A stretch of DNA of 64,000 nt from Syntrophorhabdaceae bacterium (GTDB lineage Bacteria > Desulfobacterota > Syntrophorhabdia > Syntrophorhabdales > Syntrophorhabdaceae), in contig OY762209.1 in NCBI GenBank assembly GCA_963665295.1, positions 1,664,001-1,728,000 on the forward strand. Direction: 5' to 3'. Both the position numbers and the translations under genes were made by a program. The stretch's first letter is position 1, and the number at the start of each line of letters is the position of its first letter. Of the stretch, positions 19,109 through 28,809 are shown piece after piece. The notes beneath the pieces are model-generated. The model was not told the DNA's origin. It ran no database searches and was given only the letters and a program-made list of their open reading frames with translations.

Positions 19109-21799
19109 ATGACACACCGGTTTGTCCGCATTCTAATTCTGGTTCTTCTCATCATTCTGCTTTATACCGCATCCAAGACGGTCGGGGTCTACGTTGACTG
19201 GCTTTTCTTCAATGAGGTAGGTCTGAAGGAAGTCTTCGCCAGGGCGATTTCCGCCGAAATCGTTACGGGCCTCGGTTTCGGTCTTCTCTTTTTCGTCTTT
19301 GTCGGTGTGAATGTGCTCATTGCGTGCACGGGCAAGGTACCGCAGATCGACATCGTGCTCATGCAGCGCATGAGAATCGCCATTGACCCGAGCCGGTTCA
19401 TGCGGGTGCTCAGGCCCGTGGGCCTCGGGATAGCCCTCATCGGCGGAGTAATGGCCGCTCTGTGGAGCAGCGACCTCTGGGCCCAGGTCCTTTTGTTTCT
19501 CAACCACGTAGAGTCCGGCACGGTTGATCCCATATTCGGTCATGACATGGGATTCTACCTTTTCAGGCTTCCTTTCTGGGAATTCCTGAGCGGCTATGCG
19601 GGCTTCCTCCTTTTCTTCACCCTCCTCGTGGTGACGGCCCTCTACACGGCAAGGGGCGGGGTCATCCTTTTCGGCAGGACCATCTCTTTCGTAAGGCAGG
19701 CCAGGGTGCACCTCGCCTTGCTGGCGCTGCTCTTCTTCGTGAAGATGGCGTCCGGGTTCTATCTTGAAAGGTTCGAATCCCTTTACTCGACCCACAGCGT
19801 AATTACCGGGGCCGGCTATGCCGACGTGTACGGGAAGCTGGTGGTGTTGGGGGTTCTCATACCCCTCACAATCCTGGCGGGTATTCTCTTCGCCTATGGC
19901 CTTCTGAAGGATAAATGGAAGGCCGCCGTTTATCCGTGCGGCGCTCTCATCGTCCTCTATATCCTCGGGGCAGGCATCTACCCCGCCTTTCTCCAGAATT
20001 TCAAAGTCGCGCCCAGCGAACTGGCCCTCGAGGAGCCTTTCATCAAGCACCACATCGAGCTTACCCAGTATGGCTACAATCTGAAGAAGGTGCAGGTGGT
20101 GCCCTTCGATGTCTCCTTCAACCTTACGGCAAAGGATTTGAGAAATAACGACGCCACCCTCAAGAATATCAGATTGTGGGATGAAACGCCCCTCCTCAAG
20201 ACTTACAGCCAGCTCCAGCAGATCCGGACGTACTACCGGTTTCACGGCATCGATAACGACCGCTACACCATCGACGGGGAATACAGGCAGGTCCTGCTCT
20301 CGGCGAGGGAACTCTCTTACGACGATCTTCCGAGCAAGTCGTGGATCAATGAGAAGCTCGTATTCACCCACGGCAACGGCATTGTCATGGGATATGCGAG
20401 CAGGATTTCAAAGGAAGGCCTGCCCGAGTTCATCGTCAAGGACATCCCGCCCGTTTCCACCACGAACGTAAAGATCAAGACGCCGGAGATCTATTATGGG
20501 GAATTGACCAATGACTATGTAGTGGTAAATACGAGGGTTCCCGAATTCAGCTACCCCACTGCCGAGGGAAATATCTACACCTCTTACAGCGGAAAGGGGG
20601 GAGTGCGCCTCGATTCCCTCTTCAAGAAGGGGCTCTTCGCTGCCTATTTCCGGACGGCCAAGATACCTCTCACAAATGAAATCAGGAACGAAAGCAGGAT
20701 ACTCTACAACAGGAATGTGGTGGAAAGGGTCAAGAGGATCGCTCCCTTCCTGCTCTATGACTCCGATCCCTACATTGTCGCCTCAGATGACGGCAAACTC
20801 TACTGGGTTATCGACGCCTATACCGTATCCAACCGCCTTCCTTATTCCAAACCCCTGAAGAACAGGGTAAATTACATGAGGAATGCCGTGAAGGTAACGG
20901 TGGACGCATACGACGGAAAGGTCAATTTCTACCTCAGCGATCCCGAGGACACCATTGCGCGGGTATACAACACAATCTTCCCGACCCTGTTCAAGCCCCT
21001 CAAGGAAATGCCTGAAGGACTCAGGGCGCATGTGCGGTATCCGCGGGACCTGTTCAAGGTCCAAACATCCCTTTACGCAGTCTACCATATGAACGACCCG
21101 AAGGTGTTTTACAACAAGGAAGACCTCTGGGAAATACCGGTTCGTGGGGACAAGGCCATGGAGCCCTACTACCTGATCATGAAGCTGCCCGAACAGAAGC
21201 GGGAGGAGTACGTGCTCCTCATGCCCTATACACCGGCCAAAAGAGACAACCTCGCGGCCTGGTTCGCCGTGAGGTGCGATGAGCCCAACTACGGAGGACT
21301 TATCGTATATACGTTTCCGAGGGACAGGCTCGTGTTCGGTCCCCGTCAGGTCGACGCGAGGATCGACCAGGATTCCTATATCTCCCAGCAACTCACGCTC
21401 TGGGGTCAGCGAGGTTCCCAGGTAATCAGGGGAAGCCTCCAGATCATCCCTATCGAGAAGTCCCTTCTCTACGTCCAACCCCTGTACCTCGCGGCGGAGG
21501 ACAAGGGAGGATTGCCGGAACTCCGAAGGGTGGTCGCGGCTTACGAGAACAACGTGGTCATGGAGGAGAACCTTGAACAATGCCTTGCCTCCCTCTTCGG
21601 CGGCCGCAGGGCGGTGACAGAGAAGCCCGATGGGCGCGCGCCCGCGACTATTGTGAAGGCTTCTGTCCAGGATCTCGCAAAAGAGGCCGGCCGGATCTTT
21701 GAGAAGGCCAAGGCCATGCAGAGACAGGGAGATTGGGCGGGTTACGGGGAACAACTCAAGAAACTGGAGCAAACGTTGAAGCAGATGTCAGGGCAGTAA
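19109..21799 (+). CDS. UPF0182 family membrane protein
   Basis: YVDWLFF, DPIFGHDMGFYLFRLP, NIRLWD, QLQQIRTYY.F..ID.DRY, FTHGNG, NYMRN.VK..VDAYDG, LLYVQPLY. Confidence 0.92.
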   Translation: MTHRFVRILILVLLIILLYTASKTVGVYVDWLFFNEVGLKEVFARAISAEIVTGLGFGLLFFVFVGVNVLIACTGKVPQIDIVLMQRMRIAIDPSRFMRVLRPVGLGIALIGGVMAALWSSDLWAQVLLFLNHVESGTVDPIFGHDMGFYLFRLPFWEFLSGYAGFLLFFTLLVVTALYTARGGVILFGRTISFVRQARVHLALLALLFFVKMASGFYLERFESLYSTHSVITGAGYADVYGKLVVLGVLIPLTILAGILFAYGLLKDKWKAAVYPCGALIVLYILGAGIYPAFLQNFKVAPSELALEEPFIKHHIELTQYGYNLKKVQVVPFDVSFNLTAKDLRNNDATLKNIRLWDETPLLKTYSQLQQIRTYYRFHGIDNDRYTIDGEYRQVLLSARELSYDDLPSKSWINEKLVFTHGNGIVMGYASRISKEGLPEFIVKDIPPVSTTNVKIKTPEIYYGELTNDYVVVNTRVPEFSYPTAEGNIYTSYSGKGGVRLDSLFKKGLFAAYFRTAKIPLTNEIRNESRILYNRNVVERVKRIAPFLLYDSDPYIVASDDGKLYWVIDAYTVSNRLPYSKPLKNRVNYMRNAVKVTVDAYDGKVNFYLSDPEDTIARVYNTIFPTLFKPLKEMPEGLRAHVRYPRDLFKVQTSLYAVYHMNDPKVFYNKEDLWEIPVRGDKAMEPYYLIMKLPEQKREEYVLLMPYTPAKRDNLAAWFAVRCDEPNYGGLIVYTFPRDRLVFGPRQVDARIDQDSYISQQLTLWGQRGSQVIRGSLQIIPIEKSLLYVQPLYLAAEDKGGLPELRRVVAAYENNVVMEENLEQCLASLFGGRRAVTEKPDGRAPATIVKASVQDLAKEAGRIFEKAKAMQRQGDWAGYGEQLKKLEQTLKQMSGQ

Positions 21800-21810
21800 G
21801 GGGAGGGCTT

Positions 21811-22833
21811 TTACTCCCACGTACAGATGGTGTTCCTTCCGAGGTCTTTGGCCTTGTAAAGCATCTGGTCTGCCCTTTCCACGATCTCGTGGGCGTTTAT
21901 GATATGCCCCGCGTCCATGGTGGCAAGACCTGCACTTACGGTAACTTTCCGCCGGTCTCCGGCCATGAAAAAGACACGGGACTCGCAATGCCGTTTTATC
22001 CTTTCCGCCAGTGTCAGGGAATCCTTGGGACCGGCCCCGATGATGAGGACCGTAAACTCGTCGCCCCCATAACGGCACGGGATGTCCACGCCTTTACGGA
22101 TGACACTCCCCAGGATGTCTGCAACTCCCTTAAGCACCGTGTCCCCGTGGGGATGACCATAGACGTCGTTGATTTCCTTGAAGTTGTCGATATCCGCGAG
22201 AAGAACGGACAGGGCGCCGCCTGACCTCCTGAGCCTCGCGATCTCCTCGCTCAGGCGTATCTCGAAGAAGGACCTCACGAAGAGCCCGGTGAGACCGTCT
22301 ATCGTGGCGAGTTTGTAAAGCTGCGAGTTTCTTAAAGATACGGCGATGACCGTGGCAAAGGATATGAACAACTGTATTTCGAATACGGACCAGTCCCGTT
22401 CCGGGTTGCTCTCTATGGTTACGGCCCCCATGATTTCATTCGAGGGGCCCGCCAAGGGCAGCAAGAGACACGTCAGGTCCGGAGCAGGGGAATTGTAGAC
22501 GGGAAACGGGATTGCCGAGGCTGTAGTCACGGCGGCAGGGAAAACGCCGTATTGCTTTTCATTGATCACCTTCTCGAAGGGGGTGTTCAAATAGGACGTC
22601 TTTATCTTTACGGGACAGTAAAGCCTGTCCGCGAAAGCACCCTCCATGCGGAGCATCCCCTTTTCCTCAGCAAGGGTATATAAGGCGACCTTCCGGTGGT
22701 CGGCGAAGACCGACAGGGCCTCAAGAGACCGTTCAAAGATAAGGTCCTCCTCGGACTCGATGACGGTAAGTCTCGTGGCATAATTGAAAAGCATCAGGAT
22801 ATCGCGCGCGGACAAGGGCTTTTCCTCAGACAT
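21811..22833 (-). CDS. GAF-like + GGDEF diguanylate cyclase
   Basis: ATIDGLTGL, DIDNFKEINDVYGH..GD, RYGGDEF with an upstream RKGVD segment, ADQMLYKAK..GRN. Confidence 0.9.
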   Translation of the reverse strand: MSEEKPLSARDILMLFNYATRLTVIESEEDLIFERSLEALSVFADHRKVALYTLAEEKGMLRMEGAFADRLYCPVKIKTSYLNTPFEKVINEKQYGVFPAAVTTASAIPFPVYNSPAPDLTCLLLPLAGPSNEIMGAVTIESNPERDWSVFEIQLFISFATVIAVSLRNSQLYKLATIDGLTGLFVRSFFEIRLSEEIARLRRSGGALSVLLADIDNFKEINDVYGHPHGDTVLKGVADILGSVIRKGVDIPCRYGGDEFTVLIIGAGPKDSLTLAERIKRHCESRVFFMAGDRRKVTVSAGLATMDAGHIINAHEIVERADQMLYKAKDLGRNTICTWE

Positions 22834-22979
22834 GATAGGGCATCTTTCCAGGTTCCGGCCCCGGCTGCGGCCTCCTCCGGTGTAACATGCAGTAGTTTAA
22901 TATAAATCATAATCAATACTCAATGCTATTTTTCCCGCGCCCGACGCTTGTTGCAGGTGCGCCGAACCCCCGTTTGAAT

Positions 22980-23591
22980 TCAGCCGGTAGGCCCCTTTTT
23001 CTTCCTGAGGCAGTGAATGACGACGATGCACAGGGTCGCGAAGAGGGCCGCAAAGAGGGCATATTTTGCTCCCACGAAAACATGGCGCAGACCCCCGATG
23101 TTGTGCCCGAACCCGTAGGAAAGACCACCCCAGAACCCTACCCATATACCCGCGCCGATGATATTGAAGCACTGGAACCGCAGGTGAGGCATGCGGGTGA
23201 GGCCTGCCACGATGCCGTTCAACTGGCGAAAGACATCAAAGAATCGCGCGGTTACCACAATCACGGGGCCATACCGCAGGAAGAACTTTTCCGTCCTCTT
23301 CAGACTTTCCTCCGTGACGAACACATATTTGCCGTAACGGAGGACGAGGGGTCGTCCTCCGTAATAGCCGAGGCCGTAGCCGATGGTGTTTCCGATCAGG
23401 GCCGCGCTGAAGGCGACGATCAGGATGGCGGCGAAGGACATATCGCCGCGGGACGCGACGACTGACGCGGCGATGAGGGCGCTCTCGCCGGGGGCGGGTA
23501 TGCCGAACCCTTCGGGCAGGATGGCCGCGGCAACGGCCCAATACCCGTAATGATCTATCAGGGGCATGAAGGTGGTGACAAACCTGTTCAC
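22980..23591 (-). CDS. DedA family membrane protein
   Basis: YGYWAV...PEGFGIPAPGE, GNTIGYGLG..GG, FF.RYG...V..ARF, F..FN..GA..W. Start uncertain. Confidence 0.9.
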   Translation of the reverse strand: MNRFVTTFMPLIDHYGYWAVAAAILPEGFGIPAPGESALIAASVVASRGDMSFAAILIVAFSAALIGNTIGYGLGYYGGRPLVLRYGKYVFVTEESLKRTEKFFLRYGPVIVVTARFFDVFRQLNGIVAGLTRMPHLRFQCFNIIGAGIWVGFWGGLSYGFGHNIGGLRHVFVGAKYALFAALFATLCIVVIHCLRKKKGPTG

Positions 23592-23753
23592 GGGACTCTC
23601 CGTTTCACTCTATATCGGCATTCGACAGAACATCCCGCAGGGGCGGGACGTGAGAGCCGCCTTTCCGCAAGGGGGGCTCTTGGAAGCACGGACAGCCGTC
23701 AGGGAGGGACGGGGAGGACAACCGTCACACCCTTTGTCGGGGGAATGGAGGGT

Positions 23754-23924
23754 CTATCTCGTGGGGCCGCACCCGGGCCGGGGCGTGCCGCCCGTCCATG
23801 TCGCCCGTTCGAGCTTCTCTATGTCGTCGCTCTCGCACTCAGGGCAATCAGGAGGTTCTTCCTCTCCGGGGATCGCCGAAAACTCAAATCCACACTTTCT
23901 GCATATATACTTTTCCTCGTCCAT
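23754..23924 (-). CDS. 56-aa zinc-ribbon protein (FmdB-like)
   Basis: Read from the DNA: MDEEKYICRKCGFEFSAIPGEEEPPDCPECESDDIEKLERATWTGGTPRPGCGPTR. Two CxxC pairs. GAGGT RBS. Confidence 0.75.
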   Translation of the reverse strand: MDEEKYICRKCGFEFSAIPGEEEPPDCPECESDDIEKLERATWTGGTPRPGCGPTR

Positions 23925-24221
23925 GGTGTCACCTCTCTTCGGCAGTATTTATCTGTTTTGTAAGTACTGCCGCCGCCGTTGTCAACCACGGGAGGCGAGA
24001 CGATGGGGAGTGACCCTATCGATAATGCACAGATGTTAGCGCACTATCGCAAGGAATTCAAGAATTTCGGCAGGGGAGGGACCATTGCGTCAACTGTGCC
24101 TCCCCATGGGGAAGCCCTTTTTTTGGGGCTCCAGGGAGATGTCACGGGAGTTCATCATTTTTTGATTGAATTTCACCGGCCTTTGTGAGTAAAAGAGTCA
24201 ATAAGGACAAAAGCGAATTCA

Positions 24222-25820
24222 ATGAAAACAGAGGAAGAGTTCCTCAAAGAACCGGCCGGCATGACACGGCTTGCCGAAGAGACCCGGGAGAACCTGTCGG
24301 GTTGTGAAGCGGCCCCGCACGCCGCCGGGAAGAGGGAGGCGCAGTACGGGGAGATCGTCGAGCTCGCAAACAGCATAATCCTTCGTTTTGATCCCTCGGG
24401 AAACATCATCTTTCTCAACCGGTTCGGCCTCGATTTCTTCGGATATACCCGTGAGGAGATCGTTGGAAAGAAAATTATAGGCACTATCACACCGCCGGTG
24501 GAATCTTCCGGCCGCGATCTCGCCGATCTGATGAAATCGATTTCCGAGGACCCCCTGAAGTATCGGGTCAACGAGAACGAAAACATGCGGAAGGACGGAA
24601 GCCGGCCGTGGGTGCTCTGGACGAACAAGGCCATTGTCGATGAATCAGGCCGGATCACCGAGGTGCTGTGCATAGGCAACGACATAACGGACAAGAAAGA
24701 AGCGGAAAAGCTGCTCAAGTCCGTACGGGATGAACTCGAAACGAAGGTCAGGGAGCGGACGAGTGACCTTGAAGAGGCCTTGGAGAACCTCCGCTATGAG
24801 GTGGTGGAGCGGAAGATAGGTGAGTTGGAGCTAAGGGAGAGCGAAACAAAATACCGTAGCATTGTGGAACAGGCGGTTGAGGGCATATTCCAGACCACGG
24901 GGGAAGGGGAGTGCATAATGGCGAACGCCGCCCTTGCCGAGATGCTCGGATATGCCACGCCTGAAGAATTCATTTCCACGGTGACCGACGTGGAGAACGG
25001 GCTTTATGTGAACCGTGAGGACTACGGTGATTTCGTGCGCCTTCTCGATGCAAAGGGATACGTGAAGGAATTCGATACCCGGTACCGGAGGAAGGACGGG
25101 AGTACGGTCTGGGTTTCCATGAATGTCCGCGCTGTTCACGACGAGAGGGGCAGTTTCGTCTACTACGAGGGGACGATCGAAGACATTTCCGCGAGGAAGG
25201 CGAGCGAGGAACAGCTTAAGGAAAGTTTCGCAAGACTCCAGCGCATGATGGACGGGACCATCGAGGCTCTTTCCATGGCCATAGAGGTGAGAGACCCATA
25301 TACAGCGGGCCACCAGGTGAGAGTGGCCCGGCTCGCCGAAGCAATAGCGCGGCAGATGAATTTTACCGAGGACCATATCAAGGCAATCAGGATTGCGGGG
25401 ACCCTTCACGATATAGGAAAGATTTACGTGCCTGCCGAGATCCTCGCGAGACCTGGAAAGATAACCAACCATGAATACGCCGTGTTGAGAGACCACGCGG
25501 AGGCGGGGTACGACATCTTAAAAGGCATAGAATTCGACCACCCCATCGCGGAAATAGTGTTGCAGCACCATGAGCGGATGAACGGTACCGGCTATCCCCG
25601 CGGTCTCAAGGGCGACATGATCAACATGGAGGCGAGGATCCTGGCGGTGGCGGATGTGGTGGAATCCATGGCCTCCCACAGGCCTTACAGGCCTTCCCTG
25701 GGCCAGGAAAAAGCCCTCGAAGAAATACGGGCAAACAGGGGCGTGCTTTACGACGAAAACGTAGTCGATGCGTGTCTCAAACTGTTCGATGAACCGGGTT
25801 TTTCCTTCGATGACAGGTGA
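24222..25820 (+). CDS. PAS-PAS-HD-GYP cyclic-dinucleotide phosphodiesterase
   Basis: Two PAS/PAC units (DITDKK, DISARK), RDPYTAGHQ.RV, HDIGK, HHERMNGTGYP, LAVADV. Confidence 0.9.
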   Translation: MKTEEEFLKEPAGMTRLAEETRENLSGCEAAPHAAGKREAQYGEIVELANSIILRFDPSGNIIFLNRFGLDFFGYTREEIVGKKIIGTITPPVESSGRDLADLMKSISEDPLKYRVNENENMRKDGSRPWVLWTNKAIVDESGRITEVLCIGNDITDKKEAEKLLKSVRDELETKVRERTSDLEEALENLRYEVVERKIGELELRESETKYRSIVEQAVEGIFQTTGEGECIMANAALAEMLGYATPEEFISTVTDVENGLYVNREDYGDFVRLLDAKGYVKEFDTRYRRKDGSTVWVSMNVRAVHDERGSFVYYEGTIEDISARKASEEQLKESFARLQRMMDGTIEALSMAIEVRDPYTAGHQVRVARLAEAIARQMNFTEDHIKAIRIAGTLHDIGKIYVPAEILARPGKITNHEYAVLRDHAEAGYDILKGIEFDHPIAEIVLQHHERMNGTGYPRGLKGDMINMEARILAVADVVESMASHRPYRPSLGQEKALEEIRANRGVLYDENVVDACLKLFDEPGFSFDDR

Positions 25821-25850
25821 CCCGGCGATCCTGTTCCAGGGCCGACGTCC

Positions 25851-26585
25851 TTATCTTTCCAGCTCCCTTGCAAACCAGATCACTTTCCCATTTACCTTTA
25901 CCCTGTCCGTAGGGACCTGGAAGGCCTCGTATTTTGCGTTGTCGCTGATGATCTTCACCGCGTCGGCCATTACCTGGACCCGCTTTATCATGATGATATC
26001 ATCGAGGGCCAGCGCGTAAATACCACCCTGCGGATCGATATAGTCCCGGTTGCGGTCGATGAGGACCAGGTCTCCGGCAACGAGAGAGGGCTCCATACTG
26101 TCGCCGTCCACCTTTACGAGGGCCATCTTGTCGGGGTCCCCCTTCCTCCTGATCCAATCCTTCCTGAAAGCGACCCGGACATCCACCGCGTTGTCGGGAA
26201 TCCTGCCTCTGCCCGCGCTGATCCTGCCTATCACCTGGGAGATATAGACAAATTCCTTGTCGAGGGTATATCCGGGCCGTCTTTCCCCTACTCTGTGGGT
26301 TCTTCCATCATATGGCACGCTATCGCCGGTCTCTTTGCCGGGCTCACCGCCTCGAGCGAAAACCGGTCCCCTGCCCGATATGAGGTAGTCCAGGGTAATG
26401 CCGTCACGTTCACAAATTGCAAACACTATCTCGTAGGGGATTGTCCCCCGTGTGCGCCAGTTTGAAATGATGGCGGGTCTCACCTCGAGGTACCGCGCTA
26501 AACCGGCGTCATTCTTCAACTCTTTGAGGGCGATAATACGGTCCAGTATCTGATTCGACGTCGGCATGATAAAAGGTTTCAGCAT
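25851..26585 (-). CDS. Phage CI-like repressor (HTH + S24 autopeptidase)
   Basis: N-terminal HTH (LARYLEV....ISNWRTRGTIP), Ala-Gly cleavage site ISAGRG, catalytic Ser (GDSMEP) and Lys (IKRV). Confidence 0.88.
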   Translation of the reverse strand: MLKPFIMPTSNQILDRIIALKELKNDAGLARYLEVRPAIISNWRTRGTIPYEIVFAICERDGITLDYLISGRGPVFARGGEPGKETGDSVPYDGRTHRVGERRPGYTLDKEFVYISQVIGRISAGRGRIPDNAVDVRVAFRKDWIRRKGDPDKMALVKVDGDSMEPSLVAGDLVLIDRNRDYIDPQGGIYALALDDIIMIKRVQVMADAVKIISDNAKYEAFQVPTDRVKVNGKVIWFARELER

Positions 26586-26600
26586 GGCGCACTTTTCCTA

Positions 26601-26631
26601 TTGACAACTATTGTCAAAATGATGATATACT
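26601..26631 (+). promoter_or_regulatory. Palindromic operator overlapping a rightward promoter
   Basis: TTGACAA-CTA-TTGTCAA (26601-26617), whose left arm is a consensus -35, followed by an extended -10 TGaTATACT (26623-26631). Lies 15 bp upstream of the repressor start. Confidence 0.55.
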
Positions 26632-27072
26632 ATGTCCGTGAACACGATGCCGCAAGAGAACGAAGGAATGGCTGTCACGGTAACCGGTTCCGGCATATCC
26701 CGACTCGTGATTCCTTCGAAGGCTTTGCCAGGCGGAGGAGAGACGGCATGGGTCATAAGACCTTTCCTTTCCATAAATAGATCTGTAGTAAGTTTAGAAG
26801 GTCTTGTGAAAAATTGCAATGTGAAAATATGTTATTCTTGTGTGACGCTGACGATTAGTGACAACCCCGTCTTGATGCCCACCTTATTCCCCGTTTCGTT
26901 CCCCGTTTCACCTCCCCCTGCACGGCCTGCCGCACTACGCGCGAGGCCCGGGACACTTGCCCGGCCCGCCTTCTGCGGCAGGAGCCGTCCATCATGGGAG
27001 GCGGGTTCGGCAAAAAGCTTTGTGCCGCAGAAGGGAACAGGCGGAGCGCCGACGGGTCAATAGGAGGAGACC

Positions 27073-27573
27073 GTGGCAAGAAGGATTACCGTAAGTGAGT
27101 ACCACAACTGGAACGACGTGGACGGGGGGCTGAGACGTATGGGCGAGATCGACATGGAGATCACAAGGCTCGAAGGGGACCTTACCCTGAGGGTCAACAG
27201 GCTCAGGGCCGACTACGACAGGAGGGCGGAGGGACTGAAGACTGCGAGAAGGACGATCGAAGCCAATATTGAGTCTTTCGCGGAGGAAAGAAAGGGGGAA
27301 TTTGCGAAGATAAGATCGAAGGAACTGACTTTCGGGGTGGTGGCATACCGGGTCGTGCACAGGGTGGTCATCAAATCGAAGAAGGCCACTGTGGCGGCCC
27401 TGGAGACACTCGGGCTGAGTGCATATCTCCGGGTTGCGAAAGAGCCGGACAAGGAGGCCATGAAAGCCCTGGATGCGGGAACACTTGCAAAGGCGGGCGC
27501 CTCCTTGAAAACGGCCGATCAACTCACCATAGAGCCCAACATGGAACGGATTACCGACAAGACATCGGCATAG
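27073..27573 (+). CDS. gam: Mu Gam-like host-nuclease inhibitor / DNA end-binding protein
   Basis: W.DVD..LR.MGEID, long coiled coil, RSKELTFG.V.YR, L....LR...EPDKEA, G......D...IEP. AGGAGG RBS with GTG start. Confidence 0.85.
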   Translation: MARRITVSEYHNWNDVDGGLRRMGEIDMEITRLEGDLTLRVNRLRADYDRRAEGLKTARRTIEANIESFAEERKGEFAKIRSKELTFGVVAYRVVHRVVIKSKKATVAALETLGLSAYLRVAKEPDKEAMKALDAGTLAKAGASLKTADQLTIEPNMERITDKTSA

Positions 27574-27582
27574 GGAGGCGCT

Positions 27583-27690
27583 ATGTTCCCCCCGAGACAG
27601 GGCCTTTCGGCCCGTGGCGGCGGCACAGGTGGACCTTGCAGGGAGCTTTGGATGGACAAACGAGAAATAAGGAGGCGACACAGAGTATGA
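27583..27690 (+). CDS. Possible 35-aa ORF (relic) between gam and mor
   Basis: GGAGG RBS. Its stop overlaps the mor start (ATGA). No recognisable motif. Confidence 0.3.
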   Translation: MFPPRQGLSARGGGTGGPCRELWMDKREIRRRHRV

Positions 27691-28001
27691 AGAAATGGAT
27701 TACAAAGATTATGGATCAGGTCACCGTGGAGGACCTCCCGGAGAGTTACCGCGACGTGGCCATGGTTGTGGGGGTGGAAAACGCCATAAAGCTGTCCGAT
27801 GCGCTGGGCGGCCTCGCCTATTACTTCCAGCAACTTGACAAAGTGCTCCTCAAAAAGAGGGATGAGATGATCAGGAACGAATTTACCGGGGCGAACCACA
27901 AACCCCTGGCAAAGGAATACGGACTCAGCGAGGTGTGGATAAGGGAAATAGTGCAAAGATCCCGCCTTACGCGGAGGACCGCAATCAGTGGACAGGGGTA
28001 A
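27687..28001 (+). CDS. Mor/C family transcription activator
   Basis: DLPE.Y..VA..VG.ENA.KL....GG...Y, RDEMIRNEFTG.N...LA.EYGLSE.WIREIV. AAGGAGG RBS. Confidence 0.85.
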   Translation: MKKWITKIMDQVTVEDLPESYRDVAMVVGVENAIKLSDALGGLAYYFQQLDKVLLKKRDEMIRNEFTGANHKPLAKEYGLSEVWIREIVQRSRLTRRTAISGQG

Positions 28002-28025
28002 GTCGGCCCACCGCCGGCGCGCTGC

Positions 28026-28541
28026 CTATCCCGCGAGTTTTTTCACTGCCTCCAGGGCTTTGTCATAATCGGGAGGGTTTGTCATTTCGGGGACAATCTC
28101 CATGTACCCTATGACATCCGCCTTGTCGATTACGAAAACAGAACGGGCAAGGAGGCGCAGTTCCTTGACCAGTACGCCATAAGCGTTTCCGAAAGCGGCG
28201 TCGCGGTGGTCCGAAAGGGTCCATATCCTGTCGATGCCGGCGTTCGTACAGAACCTCGCGATGGCGAACGGCAGGTCCATGCTTACATTCAAGACGGCTA
28301 CGCCGCTCCCCAGCGACTGAGCTTCCTGGTTGAAGCGTCTCGCCTGGAGGTCGCATACGGGCGTATCCAATGAGGGGGTCACGCTGATTATCTTGATCTT
28401 GCCCGCAAAATCGGACAGAGTGACCTCTTTCAATTCCTTGTCAAGTACGGTGAACGCGGGCGCCCGGTCTCCCGTTTTCACTTCGTTTCCTATGAGGGTC
28501 AAGGGGTTGCCTGCAAAAGTCACGACGTTTCTTCTTTCCAT
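28026..28541 (-). CDS. tpx: Thiol peroxidase (atypical 2-Cys peroxiredoxin)
   Basis: VTFAGNPLTL, PSLDTPVCD.Q.RRFN, SMDLPFA..RFC, LLARSVFV. Confidence 0.95.
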   Translation of the reverse strand: MERRNVVTFAGNPLTLIGNEVKTGDRAPAFTVLDKELKEVTLSDFAGKIKIISVTPSLDTPVCDLQARRFNQEAQSLGSGVAVLNVSMDLPFAIARFCTNAGIDRIWTLSDHRDAAFGNAYGVLVKELRLLARSVFVIDKADVIGYMEIVPEMTNPPDYDKALEAVKKLAG

Positions 28542-28809
28542 AACCTGTCTCCTTTAATGTGATGGTTCATCTCTTATGATTATCACCCGCAGCGCCGTTG
28601 TCAATCGCACTCCTTTTCATCCAACATTGTAACTCATATTTCAAAAGAAAAAGAAGGACTTATTCGGTTCATGGGGATATAATAGTAACAAGCCCTTATC
28701 CGTCGGCGATGGACGCCGCATTTTCGGAGATCCCGCGGACAAAGGCGCCGCGAACCGGCCGGGACTTCAACGGATCGGGGGAAGACTTGCATTGGGAGGA
28801 GGTATCGTC

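Larger units (their letters stand above)
25851..28001. mobile_element. Mu-like (transposable phage) relic: repressor, gam, mor only
   Basis: Three early-region phage-type genes flanked by host-type genes (HD-GYP, tpx). No transposase, structural or lysis genes nearby. Confidence 0.65.

Noticed and set aside
23610..23756. TAG read-through (pyrrolysine) extension of the zinc-ribbon ORF
   Set aside because: The downstream frame is open only briefly and looks non-coding. No pyl evidence in the window.
26632..27063. 143-aa ORF as Cro/Ner
   Set aside because: No HTH pattern, no RBS, its ATG abuts the predicted -10, and the composition looks non-coding.
17165..27573. FEN-1 and Gam as one end-joining system
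   Set aside because: They are about 9 kb apart, separated by unrelated genes, with no ligase or shared regulatory motif seen. Proximity alone is insufficient.
25851..28001. Intact prophage
   Set aside because: No transposase, integrase, terminase, capsid, tail or lysis genes. The flanks are host-type genes.
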